NCBI RefSeq assembly: GCF_006345805.1
Contig: NC_042998.1
Span: 180,482,001-180,546,000 of the forward strand
DNA length: 64,000 nt
Direction: 5' to 3'
From: Octopus sinensis
Lineage: Eukaryota
A program made the translations under genes and the position numbers. Below, in pieces: positions 1 through 14,454 of the stretch; positions within the stretch are counted from its first letter, which is position 1, and each line of letters starts with the position of its first letter. The notes under the pieces are model-generated. The model saw nothing but the letters and a program-made list of their open reading frames with translations. It had not been told where the DNA came from and made no database searches.

Positions 1-57
1 TAATAATAATAATAATAACAATAACATCAACAACAACAATAATAATAATAATAATAC

Positions 58-269
58 TTTCAAATTTTGCCACAAGGTCATCAATTTTGGGGCAGAGGAT
101 AAGTCGATTACGTCGATCCCAGTGTTCAACTGGTACTTATTTTATCGACCGTGAAATGATGAGTGGCAAAGGCGACCTCGGCGGAATTTGAACTCAGAAT
201 GTAGCGACAGGCGAAATGCCGCTCAGCATTTCGTCCAGCGCCCTAACGATTCTGCCAGCTCGCTGCCTA
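58..269 (-). mobile_element. tRNA-derived SINE, family A (octopus-type)
   Basis: Minus strand reads aggcagcgagctggcagaatcgttag...gagttcaaattccgccgaggtcg (A/B-box-like head), body and ...aaatttgaaa tail; the same sequence recurs at least 8 more times in the window. Confidence 0.9.
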
Positions 270-270
270 A

Positions 271-288
271 GTAATAATAATAATAATA

Positions 289-378
<90 letters not shown>

Positions 379-389
379 TTAATAATAAT

Positions 390-457
<68 letters not shown>

Positions 458-485
458 AATAATAATAATAATAATAATAATAATG

Positions 486-527
<42 letters not shown>

Positions 528-612
528 TAATAATAATAAAATAATAATAATGAGAAGAAGAAGAAGAAGAAGAAGGAGGAGGAGGAGGAGGAGAAGAAGA
601 AGAAGAAGAAGC
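271..612. repeat. (AAT)n microsatellite followed by (GAA)n/(GGA)n
   Basis: Direct reading; source of the poly-N/I/L ORFs in the track. Confidence 0.97.
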
Positions 613-2134
613 CAATGCCATCAACACCTATCAACATCATCCTTACTGCCTTCTATCTGCTCCAACTTCATTATGACTTCTATCACCACACTTTCCTCAT
701 AATCACTGTCATTTTCATCATCATTGTCATCAGCGAAGCAATATTATTATCGTAACTACATAGAGGCTGTTGGGTTACGAGATGCTGATATCGTCTGCTA
801 CCGCAATAACGAAGTTGAGAGAGTTGTCTACTCTCAATGAAGGTTTACTGCATCTTTCCTACTGAATTTGTCATACCTAAATGCCTCTTCCAAATATATT
901 TCTGGAAGGCATCAAATGGATTTAGTACATTAAAGTCTTTTACTTGTCTTTTACTTTTTGAAAAAGGGTGTTATCATTATAGTTTATTTATTGAATTTTT
1001 TTTTCCTTAAATTCCCATTTATTCCTTGAAATATTAAGTGGAAGATCTTAATTAGACATGGCAAGATTTATATTCCCTACTGCTCGACACTTCCTGACAG
1101 TGCAGTCAACTCTAGCAAAGCTTGTTAGACAGTAAATTAAAGTTTTAGCGCCACTGAAGGAGAAAACGTGTTCAACGGTGCAGCTGCGTTTTACTGCTGT
1201 CATTTGTGCACCATAGGGTACTAAAAACGAAGACGTGTTTTCTGACTCGACAGTCTGAATGAATATCCAAGAATTACAGACGGGGAATTGAATGATATGA
1301 AACTCAGTAATTGTTCAAACAAAGAAAAGACAGTTTCCAGTTACTTATGCATATATAAAACTTTTCAATTTATCTAACTTGCAGACTAGTCTCTATTAAT
1401 AGCATACAATATAACTATTGCGATGAATACTTAATAAACTGTTCGGGAAATGGAATTAAGGTTGTTTTGCAGTTTTACTAATTCATTTATTTGTTTGTTT
1501 GTGTGTTTGTTTCTTTGTTTGTTTTCATGTTCTGTAATTTCTAATTGCATTTGACAGCAATGACTCTCGTTACAAAGGGCTTACTTGATTCAATTTCGTA
1601 AATCATTGGTACTGCTTTTACTGAGTCTAGAACTGATTTTACAAATGCTAAATTGATGCCAGTAGAATTTGTAAAGTGAAAATTTAAATATTATTTTCTG
1701 TTTTTGATTTAGTATTATTTAATTGGATCCAGCCATTCTTCTACGATCATGACGAGCCGATTCCCACCAGAGGTTTATCGGACTTTCGCGTAAGGGATCG
1801 AATCTCAGTTTCTTGCTTGGTAGGTAGGGATATATATTACTGAATTATCAGTTTTGTTATAATAGAACGAACTTTTAAATCATTAAAGATGGCACTACAA
1901 TGGCCTTGGGTAATGACCAAAATACACTAAACAAATCAGTAGTATCGTAAATTAACTGGAACGGTTTTAAGAGGCCTTGGTCTGTATTTGTGGATTTGGA
2001 ATGCTCCAGCATTATATTTGTCGTACAAACTGACACCATACCTTTACAAATGCTAACCTTCTGCAACTGTAGGCAATCTTTATGATTGATTTCTTTTGAC
2101 TAAACATATTTCAAAAGGAAAACGGAATGCAACC

Positions 2135-4062
2135 GGTATTAAGAAATTCGAGAGCATCTTTACATGAGCAGAAGTGTTGCAAGCGTAAGTACAGGGGTAC
2201 CAAGGATCAACTCCTGGTAAAGAAAACTATACTTAGAGACTGTAAGAGAAGGAAAACTAACTTAGCCATGTCATGGATCTGATCCACATTCTTGGATTAT
2301 GGAATGTATGAATCTATTTGGTATTGCATCTAATGTTGAGGGATTGCTTGGTAAAAGTATGGCGAAGTGGAGGCCGGAACTGACAGCATATGGAAGAAGT
2401 TTAGGGACAACATGAAATCAGAAGAGGGACTGCCTGTCTCCACTGATCTTTGTACTGTGCTTGATACCGCTAACACTGATTCTGAGGAAAGAAAATTATG
2501 GGTATGTATTCAAGAGCCGCCAACAAAAAGTCAACCATTTGTTATTCATGGATGACCTCAAACTTTATGGTAAAGATGAATCCCTAGTCAGTTACCTCTT
2601 TGATATGGTGTATAATTTCAGCGCTGATATCAGAATGGAGTTCGGGCTGAAAAAGAGTGGTTTAGTCTTGAAGAGAGGTAAAATCAAATGTATGGACAGG
2701 CTAGCGATACCGTCAGAGGAGGTTATGAAGCAGATAGAAGATACGAGCTATAAGTACTTGAGGATATTGGAAATGGAAAAATTGATGGAGAAAGAAATGA
2801 CAGAACAATTTAAGGTGGAGTACTTGCACAGACTGAGACTGATCCTTAAGTCGAAATTAAACGGACAGAATAAGATTGAAGCTATCAGCACCTGGGCCGT
2901 TTCCCTCCTGAAATATGGAGCAGGGATGATCGCATGGACAGTAGACGAACTAAATAGCTTAGACAGAAAGACAAAGAAGTTGCTGACTAGAAATTGGATA
3001 CTCCACCCAGGAAGTGACACAGAGAGACTGTATGTACCAAGAAAAAGAGGGAGAAGAGGACGTATTGGATGTGAATACAGCATTAGAGCAGAAGAAAACA
3101 ACATGTAAAAAATGACACAGAACCACTATTACTGGAAGCAAGAAGGTCAGCCTTGTGTAGGATGGAGGATCGAAAAGATTATGCACTGTACAAGGACTTG
3201 AGAATGAATGAAGCTGAAAATAGGTGAATAAAGAAAAGAACGCATGGACAATTTAATAGGGATGTTGAAGATAAGACGGACAGAATAAAAAGATGGCTAT
3301 AAATGACTAAATGTGATTTAAAATCGGAAACAGAGGTTATAATATGTGCTGCCCAAGTGCAAGCATTAAGAAACAATTACATCAAATACAGAATAGACAA
3401 CACATCAGAAAGTGATAACTGCAAAAATTGTGGAAAAAAAGGTGAAACTGTATGGCATATTACTAACACCGCTAGCCCAGAATGAATATAAGAGATGTTA
3501 TGTCAATATAGCAACGATTGTCCGTTGGACACTTTGCAACAAGTATGGACTTGACAGAGCAAATAAGTGGCACGAACATAAATCCGAAGTCATCATCGAA
3601 AATGATAATGCAGCATCTTATGGGATTTTATGATTCAGTGCAGCCATGTGATAAGGATTAGGAAACCAGACATAGCGTTAAATGAGAAAGAAAGCAAACG
3701 ATGCTAGATCATAGATATATCATGTCCAGCTGACAAGAACTTATGCGATAAGGAAGAAAGAAAAGTCAATAGATATGATAGGTTAGCTTTGGAGGTTAAG
3801 CAGTTGTAGTCGATGAAGGTGATAGTAGTATCAATAACTGTCGGAGTCCCGGGAACAGTGAGTAAAAATCTTAAGAAATACATGGAACAAATGTGGGCTG
3901 CAATAAGGGTGGAGCGCTTGCAGAATGCAGCACTGCTTGGAACCGCTCGAATACTCCGCATGGTGCTCGAAAAATAAGGGGTGTTATCTTAGTTCACTGT
4001 TAGTAAAAGGCTGGCAACGTTGTACATCTCCAGCATTAGAAGCTGTACAAAGACAATAAAAA
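2135..4062 (+). mobile_element. 5'-truncated, decayed R4/Dong-clade non-LTR retrotransposon (RT, CCHC finger, restriction-like endonuclease)
   Basis: Frames give GTKDQLL, PHSWIMEC, VNHLLFMDDLKLYGK (RT), YKYLRILE, LYVPRKRGRRG, CKNCGKKGETVWHI (zinc knuckle), RKPDI..IID..CP (RLE) and ALLGTARILRMVLE stop at about 3977. Many stops and frameshifts. Confidence 0.9.
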
Positions 4063-4074
4063 TTAATAATTATT

Positions 4075-4186
4075 ATTTCTACTAAAGACACAAGGCTTAA
4101 AATGTGTGGGGAGGGAAATAGTCGATTACATTGACCCAAGTACCCTACTGATGCTTAATTTATCGACCCTGAAAGGATAAAAGTAT
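4075..4186 (-). mobile_element. SINE family A, 3' fragment
   Basis: gacacaaggc...agtcgattacattgaccc...ttaatttatcgaccctgaaaggataaaag matches the other copies. Confidence 0.75.
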
Positions 4187-5279
4187 ACAGTAGCCACGAA
4201 GGCAATATTTATTAACCAAAGTCACATATCAATATGTAAAATGATTCCAGGTACATGTTGCAAAAACTTGAATATATTGTGTCTATATTTTCAGCTTATA
4301 TATGTATTATTCAATTTGCTAAAACAACAAAAAATGGACAAATATTCTTAGCTATATCGTATGTACATATTGCAGATGAAACTTAACTGAATTTAACCTT
4401 CGCCATATATGACTAGTTCCATTTAATATATCGCTAGTTGGATATATATATATGATGTTATTCCAAGATCCATTGTAATCTAACAGATCAGTAAAAGCAA
4501 CAGAGACTGGAAAATGTCATAGATAGCAACATTTGTGATTGCCCTTTATTATATCCACTAGAAGCATTTGGAAGTTTCTAGCCAGGATAATACTGCATTC
4601 TAAATGACTCTGTTTATCTCAGTTTCGGGGTAAGCGACACATCACCTGATGATACTACCCGAGATGGACAGACGTCCAGCACTATATCCATTTAATTCTA
4701 ATTAATCTAAACTAAGCACAAGCGGCTAGATGATTTCCAAAGGCTCAAAGAGGTCACAATCAATTGTCAGGTTACTTGGCAGCGTTCAGTATTGTACTAA
4801 CTTCAGTTATTGAGATCTTTTTGGCAGATTGCCATCTGATGTACAATCGCGAGATATGCTGACAGATATATTTCCTTCCCAAACTTGCTATCAAACTCGC
4901 CATTTCTGTATAACGGTTTCTCTTCTCATGCAGTCTCTCTTTCACAAACAATATTAATCTACCAGTATTTATTGCATCCTTCTAGATTGCGTATTTATAT
5001 CTCAGTTAGCCACACCAATATATTTATCATAGAAAACAGACTAATCTAACGCCAGATCTAAAACTTATTTCATTAATTTAAGATTTATTTCTGAAGGGAA
5101 TCCACAAACAATATTTGAAGATATATATATATACGTATGCGTATAAAATTAAATGTAAATATGTGTATATTTACATGAGAGAATATTTGGCTATAAATGT
5201 ACAGTTGATTTCGTGAGTATGAATATATAGGAGTATATTGAAATAGCTGTACATATTTACGACTCGCAAAGACGTTTGT

Positions 5280-5800
<521 letters not shown>

Positions 5801-6408
5801 TTATCTAATATTCATCTTTGGAGTGAACCCCTATAAAATCCGTAAAAGTAATTTTCTAGATACTGCGATAAAGAAGCAATGGAAATGGAAATGTGAACAA
5901 TATTAATCAATATAAATATTACTTCTCTACTATCCTCAGCGCATGAAATTTGAGTTCCTAGTTCACCAAGCAATAACAGAAAAGTAATTATCTATATATT
6001 TCTAGAAGGTAAAAACTGGAATATGACAGAAAATATATCTCACTTTCGAAATGATACGTTCGAGATTAGTTTGTGTTCAACATATTTTTGATGGTTTGTT
6101 GGATCGTTGGATTGTTTGTCTAAAATATATATGAAATTATATATGTGAGATTGTAGTGATTTTATGTGTGCGTGTAGGCGTATGTAGTATATGATGTGTA
6201 TTCAATTGTCATCTTATGTATATACCGTTATCTCTAAATAGCGCATAGAAAATATTTTCTGTTGTTTACATATAGCAGCAATTTTTGGTGATATACTTTA
6301 AACAGATAAAGTAAATATGGATGCCACATATCTACAATTAACGCAGCATAATTTTTAATAACACGCAGCCAATCTATAATTGATAAAAGCTACGGTAGTT
6401 ATTAGTTT

Positions 6409-6612
6409 AAAATTTTGGCACAAAGCCAGCAATTTCAGGGGAGTAGGTAAGTCGATCGCATCGACCCCCAGCGCTCAAATCGTACTTATTTTATCGACCC
6501 CGAAAGAATAAAAACAAAGTCGAACTCGGCGTAATTTGGACTTAGGTTAAAGACAAGAAACGCTGCCAAGGTTTATCCCGGCGTGCTAACGATTGTGCAA
6601 CCTCTGCCGCCC
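6409..6612 (-). mobile_element. SINE family A, diverged
   Basis: Colinear with 58-269 (aaattttggcaca...gtacttattttatcgaccccgaaag...cggcgtgctaacgatt). Confidence 0.85.
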
Positions 6613-7518
6613 TACCTACGGTAATTATTAACACGGATGAGCCATGAATATTTCTGGCTGTGTATTTTGTTTACTTAATGATGGCAATACTCCATGCAAT
6701 TTTAAATTGATAATGCCATTACTTATACCACATAGACATAATAAATAAGTACTTATCCGAATAACTAAGACCAATAAAACATGAGTCTATAAGTTTGAGT
6801 TAAGCGACGTATTGTGTTGCGGATGCTTCATATGGATGGCTAATAGGAGCCGACGCTATACACCTCTCATTTATTCGCAAATTTCTCAAAGTTTATTCAG
6901 AGTCTTTGTCGTTTTCATACGTGAGTCGGTTACTGCACCATAGTAAAGTGCATACAATTAGGAGTGAAGTCCACTCTGTCTTTCACTCTCTTCCAAAAAA
7001 AAATGGGACTCGAAGACGTCACGATATTGCTTTGCGTCACACACATGGAATGGTTGTGGAGTGTAATTTAAGTCGTCATTCCTGAAACTCAATGCGTTGA
7101 ATCCAAGCTAAAATATTCTCATAACTGACTCCAGTAATTTCTCTCTCCCACTCGCCTTCTCTCCCCCTCTCCCCCTCTCTCTCCCACTTTCTCTCTCTGT
7201 CTTTGCGTTCTACATTTGTAAGCTTTTTAGCACTTTTTCGGAATTTTGAAGCTTTAGTTTATCACATTCATGTTTCGGCGATCTACACCAGTAATAAAAC
7301 ATTAATCTGTTTCTTTTAATCACGCCTTATTCGTTGACAGCATCAAATGCACTACAACCAGCCTTTTAAGACTAGTACGTATACGGTTTCGCGTACCTAG
7401 AAGGCGTATGTGTGTGTGTGTATGTTTGTCTGTGCACCTGTGTGATTTCACCAGCAAATTCTTCCTTTAAAATATACATATATACGTACTTACATGCATA
7501 CATACATACGTGTGTATG

Positions 7519-7554
<36 letters not shown>

Positions 7555-7559
7555 GTGTG

Positions 7560-7790
7560 AAGGCGCTTGGCTCAGTGGTTAGAGCATCGGGCTCGCAATC
7601 ATGAGGTAGAGAGTTCCAATCCCGAACGGGGCTGTGTGTTGTGTTCTTCAACAAGACACTTTATTTCACGTTACTCCAGTTCAAACGGCTGTAGAAATGA
7701 GTTGAGACGTCACTGGTGCGAAACTGTATCGGCCTTTGCCTTTCCTTTGCATAACAACAGTGGCAGGGCGATTCATATCATCACTCCTCA
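7560..7790 (+). mobile_element. tRNA-derived SINE, family C
   Basis: aggcgcttggctcagtggttagagcatcggg (A box)...gagttccaatccc (B box)...caagacactttatttcacgttactccagt core. Confidence 0.8.
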
Positions 7791-8225
7791 ATGTGCCTTT
7801 GTCCTAGCTTTTGGCCTATTTAGTATATGAGGGAGTTTTATTCCTTTGCCCTCGTCTGTACCTGGAATGAAGGTGGAAACAAGGGTTACATTTAGGTGGA
7901 AAATATACTTCACGATGTCGTGTAGCTACAGTTTATCCCCCGCTCAGAGATTTATTATTGCTTGTTTCTACTTTTTCGAGATCACTGACTATTCGTTATT
8001 GGGAAAAGTAACCGGTAGTTGTCACACGCTGATGACGGATCAATACCGGTCAGGCTGGAGAAGAAGTCTTCCTGAGACTTCAAGATACAGTAGCATCAAC
8101 CCATAAGTGTTAGCCATATTTAAGTGGTAAATATACTTCACGATGTTGTGCAGCTACTGTTTATACCTCGCTCAGATATTTATTATTGCTTATATATATT
8201 TATATATATATAGAGAGAGAGAGCG

Positions 8226-8289
<64 letters not shown>

Positions 8290-8351
8290 GGGAGAGAGAG
8301 AGAGAGGGAAAAAAGAAATGGAGTTAAACGCAGGTGTTTATATATACATAT

Positions 8352-8512
8352 ATATACGACGCCTTTCCTTCAGTTCCTGACTACCAAATCCACTCACAAG
8401 GTTTTGGTCGGCTTGAAGATATAGTAAAGACACTTGCTGAAGTGCCAAACAGTGGGACTGAACTCGGAACTATGTGACTGGGAAGAAAACCTTTTTACCA
8501 CACAGCCACGAC
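8352..8512 (-). mobile_element. SINE family B, 5' half
   Basis: Diverged copy of the head seen complete at 10348-10845 and 18393-18826. Confidence 0.8.
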
Positions 8513-8521
8513 TATACATGC

Positions 8522-8586
<65 letters not shown>

Positions 8587-8656
8587 AACATTATATATAT
8601 ATATATATATATAATACATATATATATATAAACATTATATATATATATATCAACAT

Positions 8657-8727
<71 letters not shown>

Positions 8728-9527
8728 ATGATTACTATATTAATAACGTATGTGGAGAATTGCCTCTATGGGTTTTGCTTTTCCCGGTATTAAAAACAAG
8801 TTTATTGTTTTTCTATAATGTGTGACGTTAAATGTCATTACAAATTAACAGGTGATATCTAAAAAAAACGCAATGATAATTAATATACAATATTACTACT
8901 TGCTGCTCAGCTATCAGACAGAAGTTGCTGCTATGACATATTCTTCAGTTTTAGATAAAGCTTACAGAAACTTGATAAAATATGATAAACAGTCCGTTTA
9001 TAAGCATCCAGGTACTCATAATTTGTAACTATTTGTCTCATTAATGTAGAAATATAGTTCGTAATATTTAATAATTTTCTTTATCTTATATTTGCTACAG
9101 TTACAGGACCGAGAGCCTGTTGGGGCACTGTCTTGAATGCTTGATTCGAACATATCGAACCCAGAACATATCTTTAAGTCTAATACTTACTCTATCGGTC
9201 ATTTAGGTAAATAATTAAGCTACATTAATGTAAACTAACCAAACTTAGTTATCAAACGTTGGAGTGGTAAATACAAGCAGCAACACACACACACACACAC
9301 ATATATATTATCTTTTATCCCATTTTTGTTATAGTCATCGGACTGCCTCCATGTTGAAGCAGAGCTTTGAAAACTTTTTAATGGAATAAATCGACCTCGT
9401 TATTTAAAAAAAAGACATTTTCGCTGAACCACTAAGTTACGGGGACACAGACACAGATGCAAAGGTACAACCACACGCACGCGCGCGATGGCACAAGCAC
9501 ACACGTACACAGACGCGCACACACATG

Positions 9528-9562
<35 letters not shown>

Positions 9563-9727
9563 TATATATATACATAAAATATAGGGTAGTGAGTTTTTTC
9601 ACTACCAGTGGCCTAGCACGCATAAAAAGTCAATAGACAAGATATTCTCAATATAAAATAGTGTACATTTAAACACAAGTGGAAACTGCCTGTTGAAGGC
9701 AGTTTTCTCTTGTGTTTAAATGTACAC

Positions 9728-9771
<44 letters not shown>

Positions 9772-9774
<3 letters not shown>

Positions 9775-9938
9775 CGGCGGCCTTCTTTCAGTTTTCGTCT
9801 ACCAAATCCACTCACAAGGCTTTGGTCGGCGCGAGACTATAGTAGAAGACACTTCCCCAAGTTGCCACGCAGTGGGACTGATCCCGGAACCATGTAGTTG
9901 GGAAGCAACCTTCTTATCACGCAACCACGCCTGCGCCT
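9772..9938 (-). mobile_element. SINE family B, 5' half (decayed 3' parts at about 9100-9470)
   Basis: ctttcagttttcgtctaccaaatccactcacaaggctttggtcggc...ccacgcctgcgcct. Confidence 0.85.
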
Positions 9939-10347
9939 AAGAACATATTTCGAACTTTTTGCCAACAATGTACGTCACGACTAACAGGTACTTTAAAAGG
10001 AAGGAACAGCTGTAAAATCTTTTAGTATCTTCCTTGATCACCTTGTTTATTACATACATTTAATGTATACAATTTATATTTGTGTTGTCTAGTTCTAACA
10101 TATTTCATTTTATATTATATCAATAAAATTAAACGTGTTTTAACACCTACAATTTCATAATAGCTAAGAAAGTGTTAGAAATGTAAATTTGGCTAGTCAG
10201 TTTAGTTTAGTCAACAATATCAGCAGATTTATGAGCAGTATATTTTTGGACGGTTAAGGAAGTTGCATAGTTGCTCATTGCGCTCCGTACTAATTTTAAA
10301 TGCGTGGTATCTTCAGCTAAATCTTCCATTCCAGTACATCAGTCTAT

Positions 10348-10570
10348 TTACTCTTACTCTTTTACTCTTTTACTTGTTTCAGTCATTTGACTGTGGCCAT
10401 GCTGGAGCAACACTTTTAGTCGAGCAAATCGACCCCAGGACTTCTTCTTTGTAAGCTTAGTACTTTTTCTATCGGTCTCTTTTTCCGAACCGCTAAGTTG
10501 CTAAGTTACGGGGACGTAAACACGCCACCATTGGTTGTCAAGCGATATTGGGGTGACAAACACAGACACA

Positions 10571-10605
<35 letters not shown>

Positions 10606-10615
10606 ACACACACAC

Positions 10616-10680
<65 letters not shown>

Positions 10681-10845
10681 CGACGGGCTTCTTTCAGTTT
10701 CCGTCTACCAAATCCACTCACAAGGCTCTGGTCGGCCCGAGGCTATAGTAGAAGACACTTGTTGAAAGTGCCACGCAGTGGGACTGAACCCGAAACCACG
10801 TGGTTAGTAAGCAAGCTACTTACCACACAGCCACTCCTGCACCTA
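10348..10845 (-). mobile_element. Full-length SINE family B with internal (CA)n/(TA)n microsatellite
   Basis: Complete head-body-microsatellite-tail; matches 18393-18826, 36477-36878 and 36904-37344. Confidence 0.92.
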
Positions 10846-12098
10846 TTATGTATGAAACCAAAAAGGGAACGTTCCAAGTAACATACAGTGCTGCCTCAAG
10901 TTCTATTGATATGTTGTATAGTAAATCATAGTGAGGACACAACTCGCCCTTCACACCAGCTTTCTTTTATAAATATCTACATTAAAACAGGCAAACAACA
11001 CACACACACGCACAGAGGCAAACAATACACACACACACACACACAGAGGCAAACAATACACACACATACACATATACATGTGATTCTGCTTACTATCCAC
11101 GACGAAAGCGAGCAGGCCAAACCTTGTTAGACACCATCACCCGTCTTTTTGCAAAAGTCTAATAAACATGTATTCTACAAATAAGCATTGAGTAATTCTA
11201 CAGTTTAATGTTAAATTGTTTTTATTATAACTCGAGTAACCCTAACCCTACCTCGACGTACAAATAAGCGCGTGTGCAAATGTGCCCGTGTAAGTGTGGG
11301 TGTCGTAATATATAAATGTATACGCGTACACATGTAAATATAAAATATACACGTATACAGCGAACCACAACATAAATGGTATGGCTTTCCGTTACATTTG
11401 TTCGTTCCACATTGTATTGCCATTTCACTGCTCGAGCATTCCACAGTTTTATGCTTGTAAATGTGCGACCTAATTTACATATACACGTCAAACGTAGTGA
11501 AAGCTAGAAACAAAAAGAAACCAGTATAGGAAAAACACACAGTGTGAAATACAAGAGAAATCACTGAAAAATACACGATTTAATTGAATGCGATGCATTT
11601 GTGCGAGCAACGAATGACCTACCCATTGAATAACTGTCCAACTGATTGAGCATTATACAGTTTTATGCTTGTAAATGTTTGACCGTCTCTACACGTACAC
11701 GTAAAATTTAGTGAAAGCTATAAACCAGAAGCAGCCAATATAATTAATCTAACATGGTGAAATACAAGAAAAGTTACTGGAGCTATTTGAATGCGAGGCT
11801 AAGTATTCCTTAGATGCTTTAAAAAATGATGACATAGTGGTTCGTTTTCGCTTAGATTGTATATCTACCATACGAGGATGGTAGATATACAAGCAGCTAC
11901 ATGACAAAAATTGAATTTATGAAATTAAAGCTGAATGTTATCATGGATATCATGAAAAAATAAATCGCAGGGTGAAACCACTTCATGTTGGGATTTTATG
12001 TGTAAAATAATCGATACTATCTATAAAAGAAAAATTCCCATGAATTAATACAAGTGTGGAGAAATACTTCGTTCACAATTATGTGTGTATCAGACTCG

Positions 12099-12132
<34 letters not shown>

Positions 12133-12256
12133 CACCAGATTCCTCTCTCTTTCTATTTAAATGTGAATATATGCATGCATACAAACATACACACAAACGC
12201 ACACACACAAACACACACATATCATCAAAGATCCTTCCCGAGTTATAATATATAAG

Positions 12257-12470
12257 GCTGATTTCCCAGATTATGTGGCATTTTATATTCCTCCCTCACC
12301 GGGACATCGGTCTGTCGCTACGTTTACACATTTTTTCCAGTTGAGTTGAATGGAGCAACTTGGAACGAAATGTTTCGCACAAGAACAAAATGCATCACCC
12401 GTTCAAGGAATCGAAACCGCCATCTTACAATCACGAGTGCATCACCCTAACCACTAAGCTATGCGTCTCC
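12257..12470 (-). mobile_element. tRNA-derived SINE, family C-like, diverged
   Basis: Minus strand gtggagacgcatagcttagtggttagggtg...ggtttcgattcc; core ttccagttgagttgaatggagcaac. Confidence 0.7.
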
Positions 12471-12760
12471 ACACAAACATATAAAGACACACATACACAT
12501 GCATATCTTCATAATATGTGTATATATATATATAGATATAGGGAGATATACTTGCTTAGCAAGTGACCTTATCTGAGATTGTGTGCTGGAACGAAAACAG
12601 TTGCAGCGTGGAAGGTGTTTATAAGCCATTTAAGAGACACACAAAAACAGTTAGATTCACTTCAACGTTTAAATTTAATTTAACACCTTCCACGCTGCAA
12701 TTGTATACACACACATACATACATACATATATATATGTATATATATATATATATATATAC

Positions 12761-12842
<82 letters not shown>

Positions 12843-14454
12843 ATATATACATGCATATATATATCCATATATATAAATGTGTGTGTGTGCGTGCAATTAT
12901 ATATATGTATATATGTATGTATATGTACATATATTTACATGCATATATACATTTGTATATGTAGAAAAACCTCCCGATATATATGTGTGTGTTTATGTGT
13001 ATGTATGTGAACGTCCCTATACAGAAACATACCTGAATCTCCATATACAAATCGAGAAGTACGCATACACATTCATTCATATAATTATCCATGTAATTCT
13101 TGCCGCAGCCATAGAATATGCATGTGAATGCACTGAATTTATAAAATAATGTAAAATATTTTGTTCAATTAAAAATCGCTGCGAAACCAAGGTGACATGA
13201 TTTGTAAAGACTGGAAGTGGAGGTTATCACTATAGAGGAAAGAAATGAATGACTGTATTACAATCCATTCTGATTATATATATATATACTTCTTTCTTTC
13301 TCTCTCTCTAACATACGCGCGCCCGCGTGCGCAAAGGCATTCGTTGATAGATACATATGTAATGCATACATACATACATACAAAAACATGCGCATATATT
13401 TTCATAAGACAGACTCACGTTTACATGCACATTCATTTGTATACATATATGCCACATACATACATGCGCGCGCATACACATGAACACGAAATTAGCGCAC
13501 TATTCATATACATAGACAAACGTTATATGTTCACATATATTCATAATGTAAATTATGATAAAGATTTCTCAAAAGAGGTTACGAAATCTAAAAAATGTGA
13601 AGGCAATATTTTTCAAATAAGACATCCAGTCGAAACAAATCGTTTTTATTTTTTTTTTACGTATTATAAAAGCTATAAAAGGCCAGAACATATCTGGATT
13701 CATGTTCATATAGACTTAAAGCCTTTGGTTTCACATCCGTGCAATTGAAGTACGGTTGCATCACAAGAGTTTTGTTAGTTAGGAAGCACGTCAAAGCTGA
13801 TATCATCCACATATGTTGTACGTAGATGTACGCCAACTAATATTAGGTACAAGTTTTTAGAATATATATTTGTATAAAGAATTTTTTTCATTTAGCCTAT
13901 ATTTAGCCTAAATATTGTTTATTGTATGAATAGAAACTCGTATTAGTTAACCTCGATGATTTGAATTTTGCTTACCACTATCAACAATCATATACGATCA
14001 TTTCAGTAAGATATCTTCTTAGGACTGTTTCGTAAAGGTATCAACGAACCAGATGTAATAGCCTAACATAATTTATACCAAGTTTTGAAGTATAAGTTAA
14101 TATAGGAGTATTACTTTCTGATGTGAAGGGTAATCTTATTTAATTGAAATGCTTTATTAAATCCTTCCTAAATATTAAACTTATAACCGCTCAGATTTCC
14201 CGATATCAATAAAACGTGGTTCCGTTCTATTCTTACTGTTACGGCAAAAAATCCTTCTTTAAAGAAAACTAAGATACAAATTATATATTTTCAAAGAACT
14301 GAGAAGTTCCATACAATTGTTACTTTGTGCACTCGTAAGACCGTTCTGGTATGATTTACATATTTATTAAAACTGATTTAGAGGTTCTGCGCTACGCTGC
14401 CGCTGTTAGTATTGAAACCTTCATTATCTCACCGCAGCTGCGTTGCGCGGTACA

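Noticed and set aside
7560-7640. tRNA gene
   Set aside because: A/B boxes continue into a SINE body and I could not build a complete cloverleaf. The same applies to the other SINE heads and the tRNA-like stretch near 54960-55020.
10880-10970. 90-nt minus-strand exon between good AG and GT sites
   Set aside because: All three frames contain stops from that acceptor.
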